Shown in pieces: positions 12,521 to 24,319 of a stretch of DNA of 64,000 bases; within the stretch, counting starts at the first letter, position 1; every line of letters starts with the position of its first letter. Location: contig OZ287751.1 in the NCBI GenBank assembly GCA_965649765.1, positions 38,130,001 through 38,194,000 of the forward strand, given 5' to 3'. Under the pieces are notes generated by a model. It made no database searches, had not been told where the DNA came from, and was given only the letters and a program-made list of their open reading frames with translations. The DNA comes from Bispira polyomma. Its lineage: Eukaryota. A program made the position numbers and the translations under genes.

Positions 12521-13653
12521 CTAGAGATGCAACGCCTGTGCAAGTAGTTCTACTTTTAAGAAGTCTTTCACTTGGAGTGTGCCTTGCTGAGCACTCATTT
12601 CCGCGAGGACGTTGGGATCGTATGCAAAGTGTACTAGAGCAGCGGGGGCCAAACCCAGGGCCGCCAGAGAGAGGCTGTCATCTTTTAACTGACTTCCTCC
12701 TTGGACGGCCAGCGAAAACGGAACCCAGTCTAATGTCAAATTCTCCCGCACATAGTCTGCCACGGCGCTCAGCTTCTCGCTGGCTTTAAACGTTCCCTGC
12801 AGGATCACTCCATCTGGAAAACGCACCCTCACGAGACAATAGCGGTACCTTCGGAGTTCTTTCTGCCGTTCTCTTTCCCGCATTTCCTTTGTTCTGAGCA
12901 TTCCAAACCTCTCGACGGCTTCAGTTTTAGCCTGCTGTTCTTTCATCATCTCCTCAGGGCTGATGTTGTAGAACTCTCTAGGCACCTCCATGCGGTTTGC
13001 AATATTTCCTTTGCCAGAGATATACACGGTTTTATTCTTGTCCAGGGTGGGCCGTATGGCTTCAGCCGTCACCAAGATCTCCTTCATAGAGGCGAGATGT
13101 GCGGCATCCAACGCCATTTCGGGATCCATGACTAGGAACACCTCTGGAGTGTTGTTAGGTCCCGGCAGAGTCTGGTGTACGAACCCTGCAGCCTGCAAGA
13201 AAGCCTCAGTCCCTTCCAATGAGGACACACGCTCTTGGAATGCTTTGTTGTTCACCCGGATTTTACGAAATTTCTCCTGGCTGGGATAGGCTGCAATGTT
13301 GTCTAGATATTTACACAATGTCTCCACACAAAGACGGACTTTCTCGCTGTCTTTATTAAAGGTGTAAATCATCAACGCAGATGTCATCTGTGGTTCTTCT
13401 GCTAGTTGGGAATAGAGAAAGCTTTGTATACACTCCTCCATCTCATTCTTGGGCAGCACATCATCTGTGACCAATGGACAGGAGAAATATACCCCAGACA
13501 CAGCCAGCAGGGGGCAGCCCTCTAACTCTACTTCTTTGGGAGCAGAATAGACCTCAGCTAGTCTGTAAGCTTCCTCCTGTTGCTTACGTTCTGACTCCAG
13601 TTCCTGCTTTACCTTGGCTTTGATGCTAGCAGCACTCGTGCCAAAGGATGGAC
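12521..13653 (-). CDS. UBXN6: UBX domain protein 6 (UBXD1), terminal exon with PUB and UBX domains
   Basis: Acceptor tttttag at 13654-13655. PUB domain CVETLCKYLDNIAAYPSQEKFRKIRVNNKAFQERV...FLQAAGF; UBX domain RYRYCLVRVRFPDGVILQGTF...LGLAPAAL, lacking the FPR motif as in UBXN6. Stop TAG at 12523-12521. Confidence 0.95.
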
Positions 13654-13737
13654 CTAAAAAGAGAATTAACAAAGAAAGTAGAATACCAACAAACAACAAC
13701 AAACAAATCTAAATAAATATAACCTTTATTTTTTTTT

Positions 13738-14116
13738 TAGGGGTGAGACGGGCCCTAAAAAAGCGGCCCGAATAATCGCTAGCGTCTAACCGGTCCGAAA
13801 CCGGGTACCCGCGAATTTAGTATGCATCAATCTCAGAAACCAGTCTAACAAAATGGCGGCAGATGTAAACAAAATCTATTGAAAAATAAAGGCAAATATC
13901 TGGGGGAATATTAGAAATTAGAAGGAAAACGTATGTTGGGAGCATAAATTAGACCAAAGTTATTGTTTTCGCGAAGTGAATTAGGATTATACGCGATAAT
14001 GACAGATTTTTACTATAAAACGTATATGTTTTCAAGTGCCCGAATAGCAATTTCGCCGCGGTTTTCCTAAAAATTCGGCCCGTAATCGAGTAACCGGCCC
14101 CCCCGTCTCACCCCTA
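13738..14116. mobile_element. hAT-like MITE
   Basis: Perfect 15-bp TIR TAGGGGTGAGACGGG / CCCGTCTCACCCCTA, flanked by T-runs compatible with an 8-bp TSD. Confidence 0.7.
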
Positions 14117-14237
14117 TTTTTTTTAAATCACAAATACAACCTTGAAGTTCCCAAAGCCAAGATCAGAATGCCAAATTGTTTTACTCGATATTTTAGATAT
14201 ACTTTATTATCTAGAATCCAGTTATTTCTTCATATAT

Positions 14238-14486
14238 TGAATTGAATTGGGATATTTAACATCCACACTTGTACCTGTTTAGGTTATATTGGGACGGGTA
14301 GTTGGAAACGCTGGAGAAAACACTGGATTGATCAAGGTTCTGCACTGAAACCAGCGGCCCACAGTAAGGAACTACCTCCTTTTTCACATAGACATCGACG
14401 GAAGTCGAACCCACGCCAGCCGATCCCAGAGGTGCGAGACCAGTAATTGTGAAAGGTAATGCTAACCATTAGGCCCCGGAGGCCCC
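14238..14486 (-). mobile_element. tRNA-derived SINE, family A
   Basis: A-box/B-box on the - strand; similar to 21258-21508 and 31232-31482; flanking repeat TTCTTCATATAT. Confidence 0.8.
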
Positions 14487-14909
14487 TTTCTTCTTCATAT
14501 ATATATTGATACAAAAAGAATGTATGTAAAATATTTGTCCCAACTGATGCAGCACATTTAGTAGTGTAGAAGACAGCAAACCAGATAATAGCTTTCTGTT
14601 AGGTTTAAATGCTAAAACCATCTATCAAAAGTCAAAAGCAAGATTTGGTTTGTCCGAAAAATATATACTTAAGAAGTAGTCCTTGAAATCCTTGTAATTT
14701 TACCATATCCATGTCATAACCATGTTACTATCGGCTAACTTAATATATTTTTTCATTAAAAGTTTAGAGGAAATCCATATCCTGTTCAGAGTTATGACTC
14801 ATGTACACATTTTATGTTTTGTTTATGTATGATGAGATGTTCAAGGTGACAACTGAATTGGTTAAAAATTTCAAAATTCGATCGCAACACTAACATTTAG
14901 GCAACCCAC

Positions 14910-15031
14910 CTGCCTTAGGACCTCCTGCACGAGCTAATGCGGCCTGAGCAGCAGTGTTTGCAGCCTGGGAGCTGGTCTGTCGATGGACTACAGGGGCTTG
15001 GTGAACTGGCTTTGAACTCGATGTCGGAGGT
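14910..15031 (-). CDS. UBXN6: UBXN6 coding exon 2 (VIM-like motif)
   Basis: ttgaag|A CCT CCG...AAG GCA G|gtgggt = PPTSSSKPVHQAPVVHRQTSSQAANTAAQAALARAGGPKA (cf. human AAAAALARL). Phases 2/1 fit the neighbouring exons. Confidence 0.9.
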
Positions 15032-15762
15032 CTTCAATACAACCAAGTTACATAATAAAAACTTAACACAACATTGACACTTAACTCTATTCCTTCTTTT
15101 TTTTAAAAATCAGATAACTACAGTAGACAACCTGTTATATCAACATACTCTGAGGGAAAGAATTTGTAAGGTTACTAGAATTGCTCTTAAAGTAGAAGAA
15201 ACGTTTAAGTATAAATTAAAACCGAAATATGTACAACTTTATGAATGAGTCTATGAGATTGATAACCTGCCATCATTCCTTTGGACAATAGAGGTTTGTA
15301 ACTATATTTTTCCTGTTGCTAGTATATCCCTAAGCGAATGCATCCTATTACAGGAAGTAGAGTATCACCAAACAAAACAAACATTTTTCCACTTGATCAA
15401 ATTGCAAATGAAAGTTATAAATCTGCAAAAATGTAGCATGGCAGGTGATATATTTGGAATATATTGTATCTGTTTATATAATTTGAGGTTTTCCCGCTAT
15501 TTGTAGTTCATCATAACACCGGTAGCAGTATACTTTTGGTCAGTAAGTATGTTTGTCTGGATACCGGTAGTACTGACCCATCCCTGATTTTAACAACTGC
15601 GCCAGTCACATTATAAACTTTGCTTTTTTTTTCTCATGTCCCAGCAGGCCAATGTATGTAACTAATATACATAACACAAAAGACAGTAAACCCAAGTTAT
15701 AATTTCAGCACACACCTATAAGTTTTAATGTATAATAAGAACCGAATAAACTAAATATATAC

Positions 15763-15860
15763 CTTTGTTTGGTGTCTTCGGTTAGCTTATGACCATCACC
15801 AGCAACCTTAAACTTGAGCTCCAGCTTCTTCTTCTCAAAGAACCTTTTAATGGCTGCCAT
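15763..15860 (-). CDS. UBXN6: UBXN6 coding exon 1
   Basis: MAAIKRFFEKKKLELKFKVAGDGHKLTEDTKQ(R) matches the UBXN6 N-terminus (KKFFQEFKADIKFKSAGPGQKL). Donor AG|gtatat at 15762; exon acceptor at 15935-15936. Confidence 0.92.
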
Positions 15861-15878
15861 ATTGACCTAGCTCTTTGG

Positions 15879-15934
15879 TTACTCACTGTGAGGGTGTGAA
15901 GAACTATCTTCTGATGACTGTCTACTGAGAGATC
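15879..15934 (-). CDS. Putative upstream ORF, exon 2 (in the 5' part of the UBXN6 ATG exon)
   Basis: tacag|GA TCT CTC AGT...AGT GAG TAA = (G)SLSRQSSEDSSSHPHSE*, in phase with the donor at 20471. Confidence 0.55.
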
Positions 15935-16955
15935 CTGTATATAACACACGCATGGTCATTCTTTGGTGCAGATACAACATTTAACAATCAACATCCTAAT
16001 GTCAGAAGTAATCTGTTATTACTTATTTTTTATAGGAAATGCGTAGAAGGAAAAAAAAGACAGATAATTGAGTCTAGAAGTTGGACCTGAATAGAAGAAC
16101 AATGAATGGATTGTACAACACATGGTACATTACAGCCAACAAAATCTCACATATTCAATACTTCTCAATAATATATTTGCCATGTTTTACACTTTAATGC
16201 CTAATTTAAGAGGGTTGAGATCAAGTGCTTTTAAAAGGATTTAAATGGAAATCCTTTTAAATTGTTTAAATCCTTTCAGTTTCAAAAGTTTTAAATCCAA
16301 TTTTTTTTGTACATTTTACTTGTACATCTACTGAACTATATGCATACAATGTGAGGGTGTCTCAATAGGTTTGAGGAAGCTTGCACTTGAGAGAATTGCA
16401 CTTAATAGAGTATGTCGAGTTATACAAGTTCTATAGAGATACTTTGGGTAATTGTAGTCTTTTGAACTCATAGATTAAAGGCAGTACACAGTTACAGGGT
16501 TGAGAAAAACCCAGGTTTTACAAGTATTACCCAGACCTGTGGAGAAAACCTGGTTTACCGGTTTTTACTGTGCAATATGTATGCAATATGTATGTTAATG
16601 AACTTAAAGACTTAACAAAAACAAAAAAAATTGAAACCCCATTATCTCCACATGGCTTGTCATTTCCTTTGAATAAAGTTAATAAAAAGATATTATAATA
16701 TGTCGATAAAATAATATATTTATCTCTGTCGGTATTGTTCATGCTTAAAGTGTCGGAAAAATAATAAATTTAATTGAGATTCGTAAATTTACCGACCACC
16801 GGCATAACTTGAGAGTTAAAATGCTGAGGTAGTCGGGATAATAGACACATCAACTTCAATATAACAAAAATTATAGCTGGTTTATTAAGCAAATCAAATT
16901 TTAATTTAAATTTCATTAAATTCATTTAAATTGCGATTTTCTGTGTATTAAATTC

Positions 16956-17164
16956 AATCAATATTTCTTGCTTGATTTTAACCAATAATGAATCATTTTT
17001 AAGGAACTGAAATCTGCCATAGTTACAACTGATGGATTGAACAGTGTATTAAGTGTATTATTGATTCTGTGTATTAAGTTCAATCCATCAGTTGTAACTA
17101 TGGCAGAGTTCAGTTCATTTAAAATGATTCATTATTGGTTAAAATCAAGCAAGAAATATTGATT
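16956..17164. repeat. Fold-back inverted repeat (~87-bp arms, 35-nt spacer)
   Basis: 16956-17042 is the near-perfect reverse complement of 17078-17164. Confidence 0.9.
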
Positions 17165-17339
17165 TTATTAGAATAAATCTTTTCACACATTCAATCTTTG
17201 GGTGTGAAAACAGCCACGCCAAACAACTGTAAAAATAAAACTTCTCATCATAAACATTTATTAAAGAAAAATGATACTTTGAACGCTATCTGACCCTATA
17301 TATACCCCTTTTAAACCCTAAAAGTTATGTAATTTTGAG

Positions 17340-20299
17340 TAACTAATTGAGTACAATGCCAGCAATTGACAAGCTTTGAGGAGACTAGGGGTTTTTTTTA
17401 GTTAGAAATATATTTTATCATGCTCATACTACAACAGGAAAGAGACAAGGCTCAGGCTCAACAGGAATCGAACCCAAGACCACCACCGGCCCCTTGGGCC
17501 CCCCAGGGAATGTCCGACTGCCAAGAATGTCACCTCTGCACTGGGTCAAGCCTTGGATCGAGCGAAGAGAGGCCCTGGGATACTACACCAACTTAATGCC
17601 AGAGTTTGAGCAAGGGGATGGACCTGGATACAGAAACTTCTTTTGGTTGCCTCCAGATCTATTCGAGAAAATAAAACAGAGGATCACACCCCATGTCAAG
17701 AGAGCCACAACCTGGTACAGAAAGCCCTTGGATGTTGGACTTAAACTGGCAGTCACCTTGAGGCACCTGGCCACTGGGGAGAGCTACAGTTCCCTGTCCT
17801 ACCAATTCTGGGTGGGCAAATCAACCATTACCAAGTTCATTCCAAAGATTTGTAAGGCCATTATCAAAGAATACGAGGGAGAAAATCTGGCCTGCCCAAC
17901 CACCCTCATTGACTGGCTGAAACTGGAAGAAGTCTACAGAAATCAATGGAACATCCCTCATGCTGTTGGCTCTGTTTACATAAAGCATGCAGCCATCAAG
18001 AAACCTCCCAAGGCTGGGAGTGAATTTTTCAACTATAAAGGCTTCTATTAAATTGTGCTGTTAGCCCTGGTTGATGCCGATTACAGATTCATTTGGGTGG
18101 ACATTGGCTGCAGTGGGTCCTGTTGCGACGCCCAAATTTTCAACCACTCAGAGCTGAAGGAAAAGTTGGAACACGGATCCATCGGGCTGCCCAGACCAGC
18201 ACCACTGTTTGAAGGGATGTGAACTACTTTCTGCCAGGGGCAACGCCTTCGCCCTGAAAGCAAAGGATATGTAATTACAGGATATCCAGGGGAAGGAGGG
18301 TCGTCAAGAATGCCTTCGGAATATTAGTCGGCAACATCCTCTGGTGGCCTCAAACCTGACTTTAACCTGTGTGATATTGCATGAAATTTTAAGAAGCCGC
18401 TGTGGTAACCCAGCACTAGAGCACCCAAACCCTCAAGATAATCCGCCTGAGCCTGAGGAGCACCTAGTGGGAGATCAATTGGCCAACGATAGAAATCCAT
18501 CAAGAGGAAGGAATGAGCAAAGGGACGGTTTGATGGACCAATTCATGAATGAGGGGGCAGTCCTGTGGCAAAATGACAGAATAAGTTTGACCTGAGCCTA
18601 ACCACCTGAGACTGATAAGAAGCTGCCCTGAGATGTCGCAGTAGCTGCAAACAAAAAAAGTCCTTTTCAGGACCAGCCAAATATTTTAAGAACAATTACT
18701 AAGCTGTTTGTTACAACCCTCACCCCCTTACATCTCACAAATCACATATCTTAAGGTTAAACCCAGCACCCATACATGTAATATTTTTGGCCCCACTATA
18801 GAAACATGAAATAATTTTTACCCAAACACACACACTGATAAAAGAAACCCCTTATTATAACAGATTTGAACCCAAGGCCTTACACTGACATTATAAATTC
18901 CTACTGGGGACCCCATAATATATAACCTAAAGATTCCCCAGCAATAGATAGTTCATGGGCCATTCAGTGTCACAGATCAATTTTTCAAACTTTGTCATTT
19001 GTGTGACCACTAAAACCCTAATGGCTACTAAAACCCTAAAAGTGGGGTGACCACTTGTTAGGAAGAGGAATATCTCAGGAATTTGTTTATTTTGTCTGTG
19101 AGAAACTCTTTCTATTGCACAACTGTCAAAATATGGGGTTCCAAAGAGTTGCTCATTACTTTTTTCTTAAATCATTTCTTTTCTCTTATTATTTAAAAAA
19201 AATGAAAAATTGAGGGGACAGTGTAATCTTTTTGTTTGGATTAATATTTTGGATTTCATATTTTGGGATTTGAACTGAGGGCCAATGATACTTTTATTTC
19301 TGTCTGTATGTGTGAATTGTTTTTGAAGGGACGGTGTAATCTGTTTGGGATTTTCAACAAAATAGCTCAACATATTGTTCTTGGAAGATCCGGGTTGCCC
19401 TGGAAAGGGCCGGAGGTTCTGACGTGTGGCGGTCCAATAAGCACCGCCAGGAGATGGCTGACTGGTTACTGCGGTGATTGTGATGGCTATACAAGGGGCA
19501 GGACGTTGGGTTGTTGCTGGTTGAGCGATCCAAGTTGCTGTTAGTTGCTCAGTTGTTGGGCATTCATTGTAATCAGCTGTGGTGTTTCTGTCAGTCCGAG
19601 CTAAAGATCTGGCACTGAGGTATGAAAAAGTGCTGGGGTGTTGGGGCTACTGATCTGTTTATATCCATACTCTTGGGGTATTCCTGGGTTATACCTTCTC
19701 AGAAATAATGAAATTACAAGCCAGCAACCTCCAAATATAGTGAGTCCCGCACTGCGGGGATGTTTTTATACCCAAATGCCCCAGTTCGATCCTATTGGTC
19801 AGAAGTGAATACGTCAGATCCTACGGGTTGTAAGTTCGATTGTATACACACCCTGTTCGATTGTTTAACTCGCAGATCCGATAGCCAAAACGTTCGGGCC
19901 AGTTCGATCGCAGTAAAAAAACTTACCAACTGCAGGTTCTGATTGGGTGAGAGTAAGTTTGATCGGTACGCAAAACGTCAGATTGGGATACGAGTAAGTT
20001 CGATCTGACTACTGGCCTGTTCTGTCTGATCAAAAATGGGCGAATTCGAGTAAGATAGGACAGACCAGTGTTAGGAGTGTCTGGAGTGCGATAAGACTTA
20101 TCGGACAAAACGTATTGAAAATAAAATCGAACATATATCCATCAATACGATTTAGAGGTCTGGGGAGGTAAGTCGGGGTACTTTAAGAAAATATCAAATA
20201 TGTTTGATATCCTTGCCGACCTTCCTCCCAAACATATACGTCACGCCCCAGACCTCGAAATTGGCAAGGTCGAGGATCAAATCGGCATAGTGGAACTGG
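17340..20299 (+). mobile_element. Harbinger DNA transposon remnant (approximate extent)
   Basis: Transposase remnant, then CpG-rich subterminal sequence (19740-20299) ending ...GGCATAGTGGAACTGG|TAA. A matching left terminus was not found. Confidence 0.5.
17420..18595 (+). pseudogene. Degenerate PIF/Harbinger (HARBI1-like) DDE transposase
   Basis: KLAVTLRHLATGESYSSLSYQF, WNIPHAVGSVYIKH (normally GAIDGKH), FFNYKGFY*, ADYRFIWVDIG, RRVVKNAFGIL (catalytic E replaced by K). Contains stops and frameshifts. Confidence 0.9.
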
Positions 20300-20471
20300 T
20301 AATTCAGTGGAACCACCATTTTTGATTAAAAGTATGTTTATTTTGTCCATGACGAAAATATCTACACGACGAAAATATCTAGCGAGGTAGTTGCTGCAAA
20401 CCTTTTCATGCCGAAAAGGAACAGGGTAGCAAATCTAGCAATACAATATAGTAACTCAGTAATGAGGATAC

Positions 20472-20721
20472 CTTTCATAAATCTTTTAGTTAAAGTTTCA
20501 CCATAGATACTCCAAGCAATTTTGATAAGAACAATATTAAAAACAAGACAAATAAACAGAATAAGAATCAATTTATCCTCAACACAAGTTTTTTGCCAAA
20601 AAGTATCTGAGTCTGAATCAACACGGTCTTCTCGCAACGGTACTGAGAAGTTATCAGTTTCTTCTACAGGTTGGGCTGGTTGAAAAAGTTCTTCCTCAAG
20701 AGTAACAACTTCTTTGTCCAT
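20472..20721 (-). CDS. Putative single-pass membrane microprotein (uORF/first cistron of the UBXN6 transcript), exon 1
   Basis: ggaATGG start context; acidic N-terminus; hydrophobic LILILFICLVFNIVLIKIAWSIY followed by basic TKRFMK; donor AAG|gtatcc at 20471. No family recognised. Confidence 0.6.
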
Positions 20722-21169
20722 TCCAACTTATGATGCCACAACGATCATCACATCCAGTCATGTAATTGTTCCTGTCACTTGACTATGAAGATACACACAG
20801 GAAGTTGTCGGTCTACCCATCTTCAGAAAACAAAATACAATATTATAAACCCGACTAATTAAGAAATATAATAGATAATCAAAATAAAATGTCATGTGGG
20901 TAATATTTGGAACTTGCATGTAGGGTAGGTATTTTTTAATGAGAAAGAAATATTTCTATGCTCACAATAAATCTTTTAAAATAAATCTGTGTCTGATGTT
21001 CATTGGGATTTTTGGCCTACTTAAAGAAATATGTTGATCGTAAAATGCATACAACGTAAATGTGGTACGCCGAAAACCCTATAGCGCCGAAAACATGATG
21101 CACGACCATACTTAATAATGTAAATATAATAATAGTATTCAATAGGTCAGATTGTTACAGAAGCCTGTA

Positions 21170-22110
21170 AGGGTCAATAAAGGAAAAAAATAACAATATA
21201 CTTTAGTCATGATAACGACATACTGAGTTGTTATTATGACATATGCTATGTCGTTATTTGAATTTGGATTATTTAACGTCCACTCTAGTACCTTTTAGTA
21301 GGTTATATTGGGATGGGTAGTTGGAAACGCTGGAGGAAACACTGCATACAGTCGATCAAGGTTCTGCAGAGAAACCAGCGGCCCACAGTAAGGAACTACC
21401 ACCTTTCCCACATAGGCATCGGCAGGATTCGAACTCACTCCGCCCAGAGGTGAGAGACCAGTGATTGTGAAGCGCAATGCTTGCTAACCACTAGGCCACC
21501 GCGGCTCCTGCTATGTCATTATAACAACATACGCTATGTCAAAATAATTACTTAGTATGTCGTTATAATGACCTACACTTAATTAGCTAACCCACAAGTT
21601 CTTGTTTTAACAAATTTCTTTCTCCTCTTTATATATATTTTCACAAAAAGACCTATATCTAATATTTTATGATTAATCTTTCACTCAGTCTATTCAGAAT
21701 AACTGCATTTATATTTCTTTAAAAACAAGAACCAACTATTGCATGGAGAAAACATATTGTTTAAAATTTTTCTGGGTTTTTTTAAGCCAAGAATAATGTC
21801 AATTTTAATAGGACAACCTTTAGAAAATGTTATTAAAAAGGGATTACAATACAGATGTAACATATATATAAACACGCTTTTAGCGATTATACAATACAAG
21901 GTTTTTTTAAGATGAAGACAGAAATGCTGTGGAGCCGAAATAATCATTATTGCCAAAAGTTTTCCTGTAAATTAATTTGCATATTTGTTCTAAATATTTC
22001 CAAAAATCATTTTTATATTGAAATTACACTTAGATTATACTAACATTATTACGACATACTCTATGCAATATAACGACACAGATATATTTTTTTTCCCCTT
22101 AATTGACCCT
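21170..22110. mobile_element. Non-autonomous DNA transposon with a nested SINE
   Basis: TA|AGGGTCAATAAAGGAAAAAAA ... TTTTTTCCCCTTAATTGACCCT|TA; internal ATAACGACATA-like repeats. Confidence 0.6.
21258..21508 (-). mobile_element. tRNA-derived SINE, family A
   Basis: TGGCCTAGTGG A-box and GAGTTCGAATCC B-box on -; 14-bp TSD TGCTATGTC(G/A)TTAT. Confidence 0.85.
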
Positions 22111-22409
22111 TATAAGCTTCCGTAGATTGTTAACATATAGAAGTATCTTTCAGCAATGTTAAAATACATTCCATGGAAACAGCATCTCACATAGGTTACC
22201 CTATTGGTACAACGAGTAACCAAATCTCGTGTGACCCATTCAAGACAGGATTTTATAAACAAAGTAAATTTTGTAACTTTAAATTTCAGTAAATGTTCAG
22301 TATGTAAAATATTGTCGTTTAAAAAGTTTATGTATGGCTCTTTAACTGTCAAATCGATACCAAGCAGTTAAACTAGTTTCTGCTCTGTCAGACTTGCTTG
22401 AGTTCGAGT

Positions 22410-23450
22410 TGATATTACCTCAGGGCTCAGTTCTAGGTCTAATTCGATTTTCATTATACACAGCACCCTCAGTCGTGTCATTGACAAGTACAAATCAATC
22501 AAGTATCATTTCTATGCTGATGATACACAATTTTATGTTTATTTATCAAATAGAAATGCAACTTCTGCATTTAATAGCTTTAAGTGCTGACTTGATGATG
22601 TTCACAAGTGAATGTTTAACAATAAGTGGAAACTAAACCCGAATAAAACAAAATTCATTTTTTTCGGATCCAAATCACAATGTGAGAGTCTGGCTGATAT
22701 TTACCCAGTCAATATTCTGGGAAACATGTTCCACACTGCTGATACAGCCAGAAACCTGACTTTGACTCTAATTTCTTATTTGCTAAACATGTCCAATTGG
22801 TTTGTAGGGTTTGTTTTATCCAGTTGAGAGATATGAGACAAGTAAGACGACACCTGTCTACCTGCATTGCAACCGAGGTGGCAAATGCCCTGGTCATCAG
22901 ACACCTTGGTTACTGTAACTCTCTTTTCAGAGGTCTCACTGGGCCTGACCTGTGCAAATTGCAGTGTGACCAACACAGTTTGGCTCGGATAGTAATGATT
23001 GCATATTGAGTATAGAGCAATATTCAAAACTGCTACCTTTGTTTATAAATATCTTAATTCAGGTTTCCCTTGGTATTTCAGTCCTGACTCCCTGTATATG
23101 TCAATGCAATACAAGAAGTAGTAGGCCTGAAAATGCTTTCTTAAGTGTCCCGACTTTTGTACGATCAGTTCAGAAGTCAAAAAGCATTTAACAATAGTTT
23201 CTTATATGATGCTTTTAAGCTGTGAAATGAACTGCCTAATGATATTCGCACTTCCTTCTCACTTGCCTGTTTTAGGAAAACGCTCAAAATCTACCTATTC
23301 AGCAAGGCTTTTCCACCTTAGCCTTCTTACATTTTTCACGACCCCTGTACGTCCAATGGCTATATGAAATTGTCAAAATGATTTTCTGTCTTGTGCACCT
23401 TAGAATCTTCTAGCAGAGATACAAGCGCTATAAAATTAGTTAAATTAGAT
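22410..23450 (+). mobile_element. L2/CR1-group LINE 3' fragment (decayed reverse transcriptase)
   Basis: LPQGSVLG...FSLYT, HFYADDTQ, KLNPNKTKFI and ALVIRHLGYCNSLF spread over shifted frames. Confidence 0.85.
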
Positions 23451-24319
23451 CAATCGCGGCAAACGTCCGATATCCGAGAGGAAGTTTTCGAGATATAGTA
23501 GGTACCTACCGTACCCTCTGTCTTGTTATTACCGGGTAATAATACTTATTTCTAAAAGTGTCGTACTGAGTTACCTAATTTCGCTCACTAAATGGAAGCA
23601 AGTGAGAGGCTTCAAGTGGCATTAATTGCTCGTTAATTATTTGCCTTGTATGCTACAGTAAAAGTTTACATAGTGATGTAAGGCTACATGCTCAAGTGCT
23701 TGGTAATTTCTAAATATAGCCTATTGTACTGAGGTTTAGGTGTAAGTCTCTATTGCAATTAAGGTCATAAAAACTTCAAATAAACTTCCTACAACTTTGT
23801 TTTCTTTCAAAAAATACTCTGGAAGGGGCAGCTTTTCCTCTTCAATAGGGCTATTACCATTGAAATTCCGTTTGAATGTACGTAGAGGTAGATATATATA
23901 AACTTCCTACAACTTTTTTCTCTTTAAAATGTACTCTGGAGGCACAAAGAATTTCCTTTATGTTAACATGGTATTACAATATTACTGATAAATTTTTTAA
24001 ATGTCATTGAAAGTGCATTTTTATCAAGATTGTTTGATCGGGTCCATGCTGAAAAATGGTGTAGACAGCACTATCTACCATCTCATTTTCGGTAGTTATT
24101 GTTATAGGCCGTTTCGTCACTAGGCTCCGATTTGAATCGACAACCACCCCCAGTGCATACTTGGCATGGCCATTTTGACTAACGGTTTACTAACGGCTTC
24201 ATTATTATTAGGAATGCAAGATGGATTAAATTACCTTTTGTAAAACAATGTTTTTTTTAAATAAAACAAAGTTGTATAACGTTTATTTGCAGTTTTGCCG
24301 TTTGACTTTTTATTGAATG

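Noticed and set aside
12442-13289. Plus-strand ORFs of 115 and 99 aa
   Set aside because: Antisense shadows of the UBXN6 exon.
13654-13702. Apparent signal peptide MLLFVGILLSLLILFL at the start of the 393-aa ORF
   Set aside because: It is the translated polypyrimidine tract of the intron; the real N-terminus comes from exons 15860-15763 and 15031-14910.
15861-15881. Read-through fusion of the TM microprotein to UBXN6
   Set aside because: Although in frame, two stops (TAA and TAG) separate them, and I saw no convincing alternative acceptor that bypasses both.
17494-18051. Possible domesticated HARBI1 gene
   Set aside because: Premature stops, frameshifts and loss of catalytic acidic residues.
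20362-20471. Second hydrophobic segment of the unspliced 119-aa ORF
   Set aside because: It lies after the AAG|gtatcc donor and is treated as intron read-through; retention cannot be excluded without RNA data.
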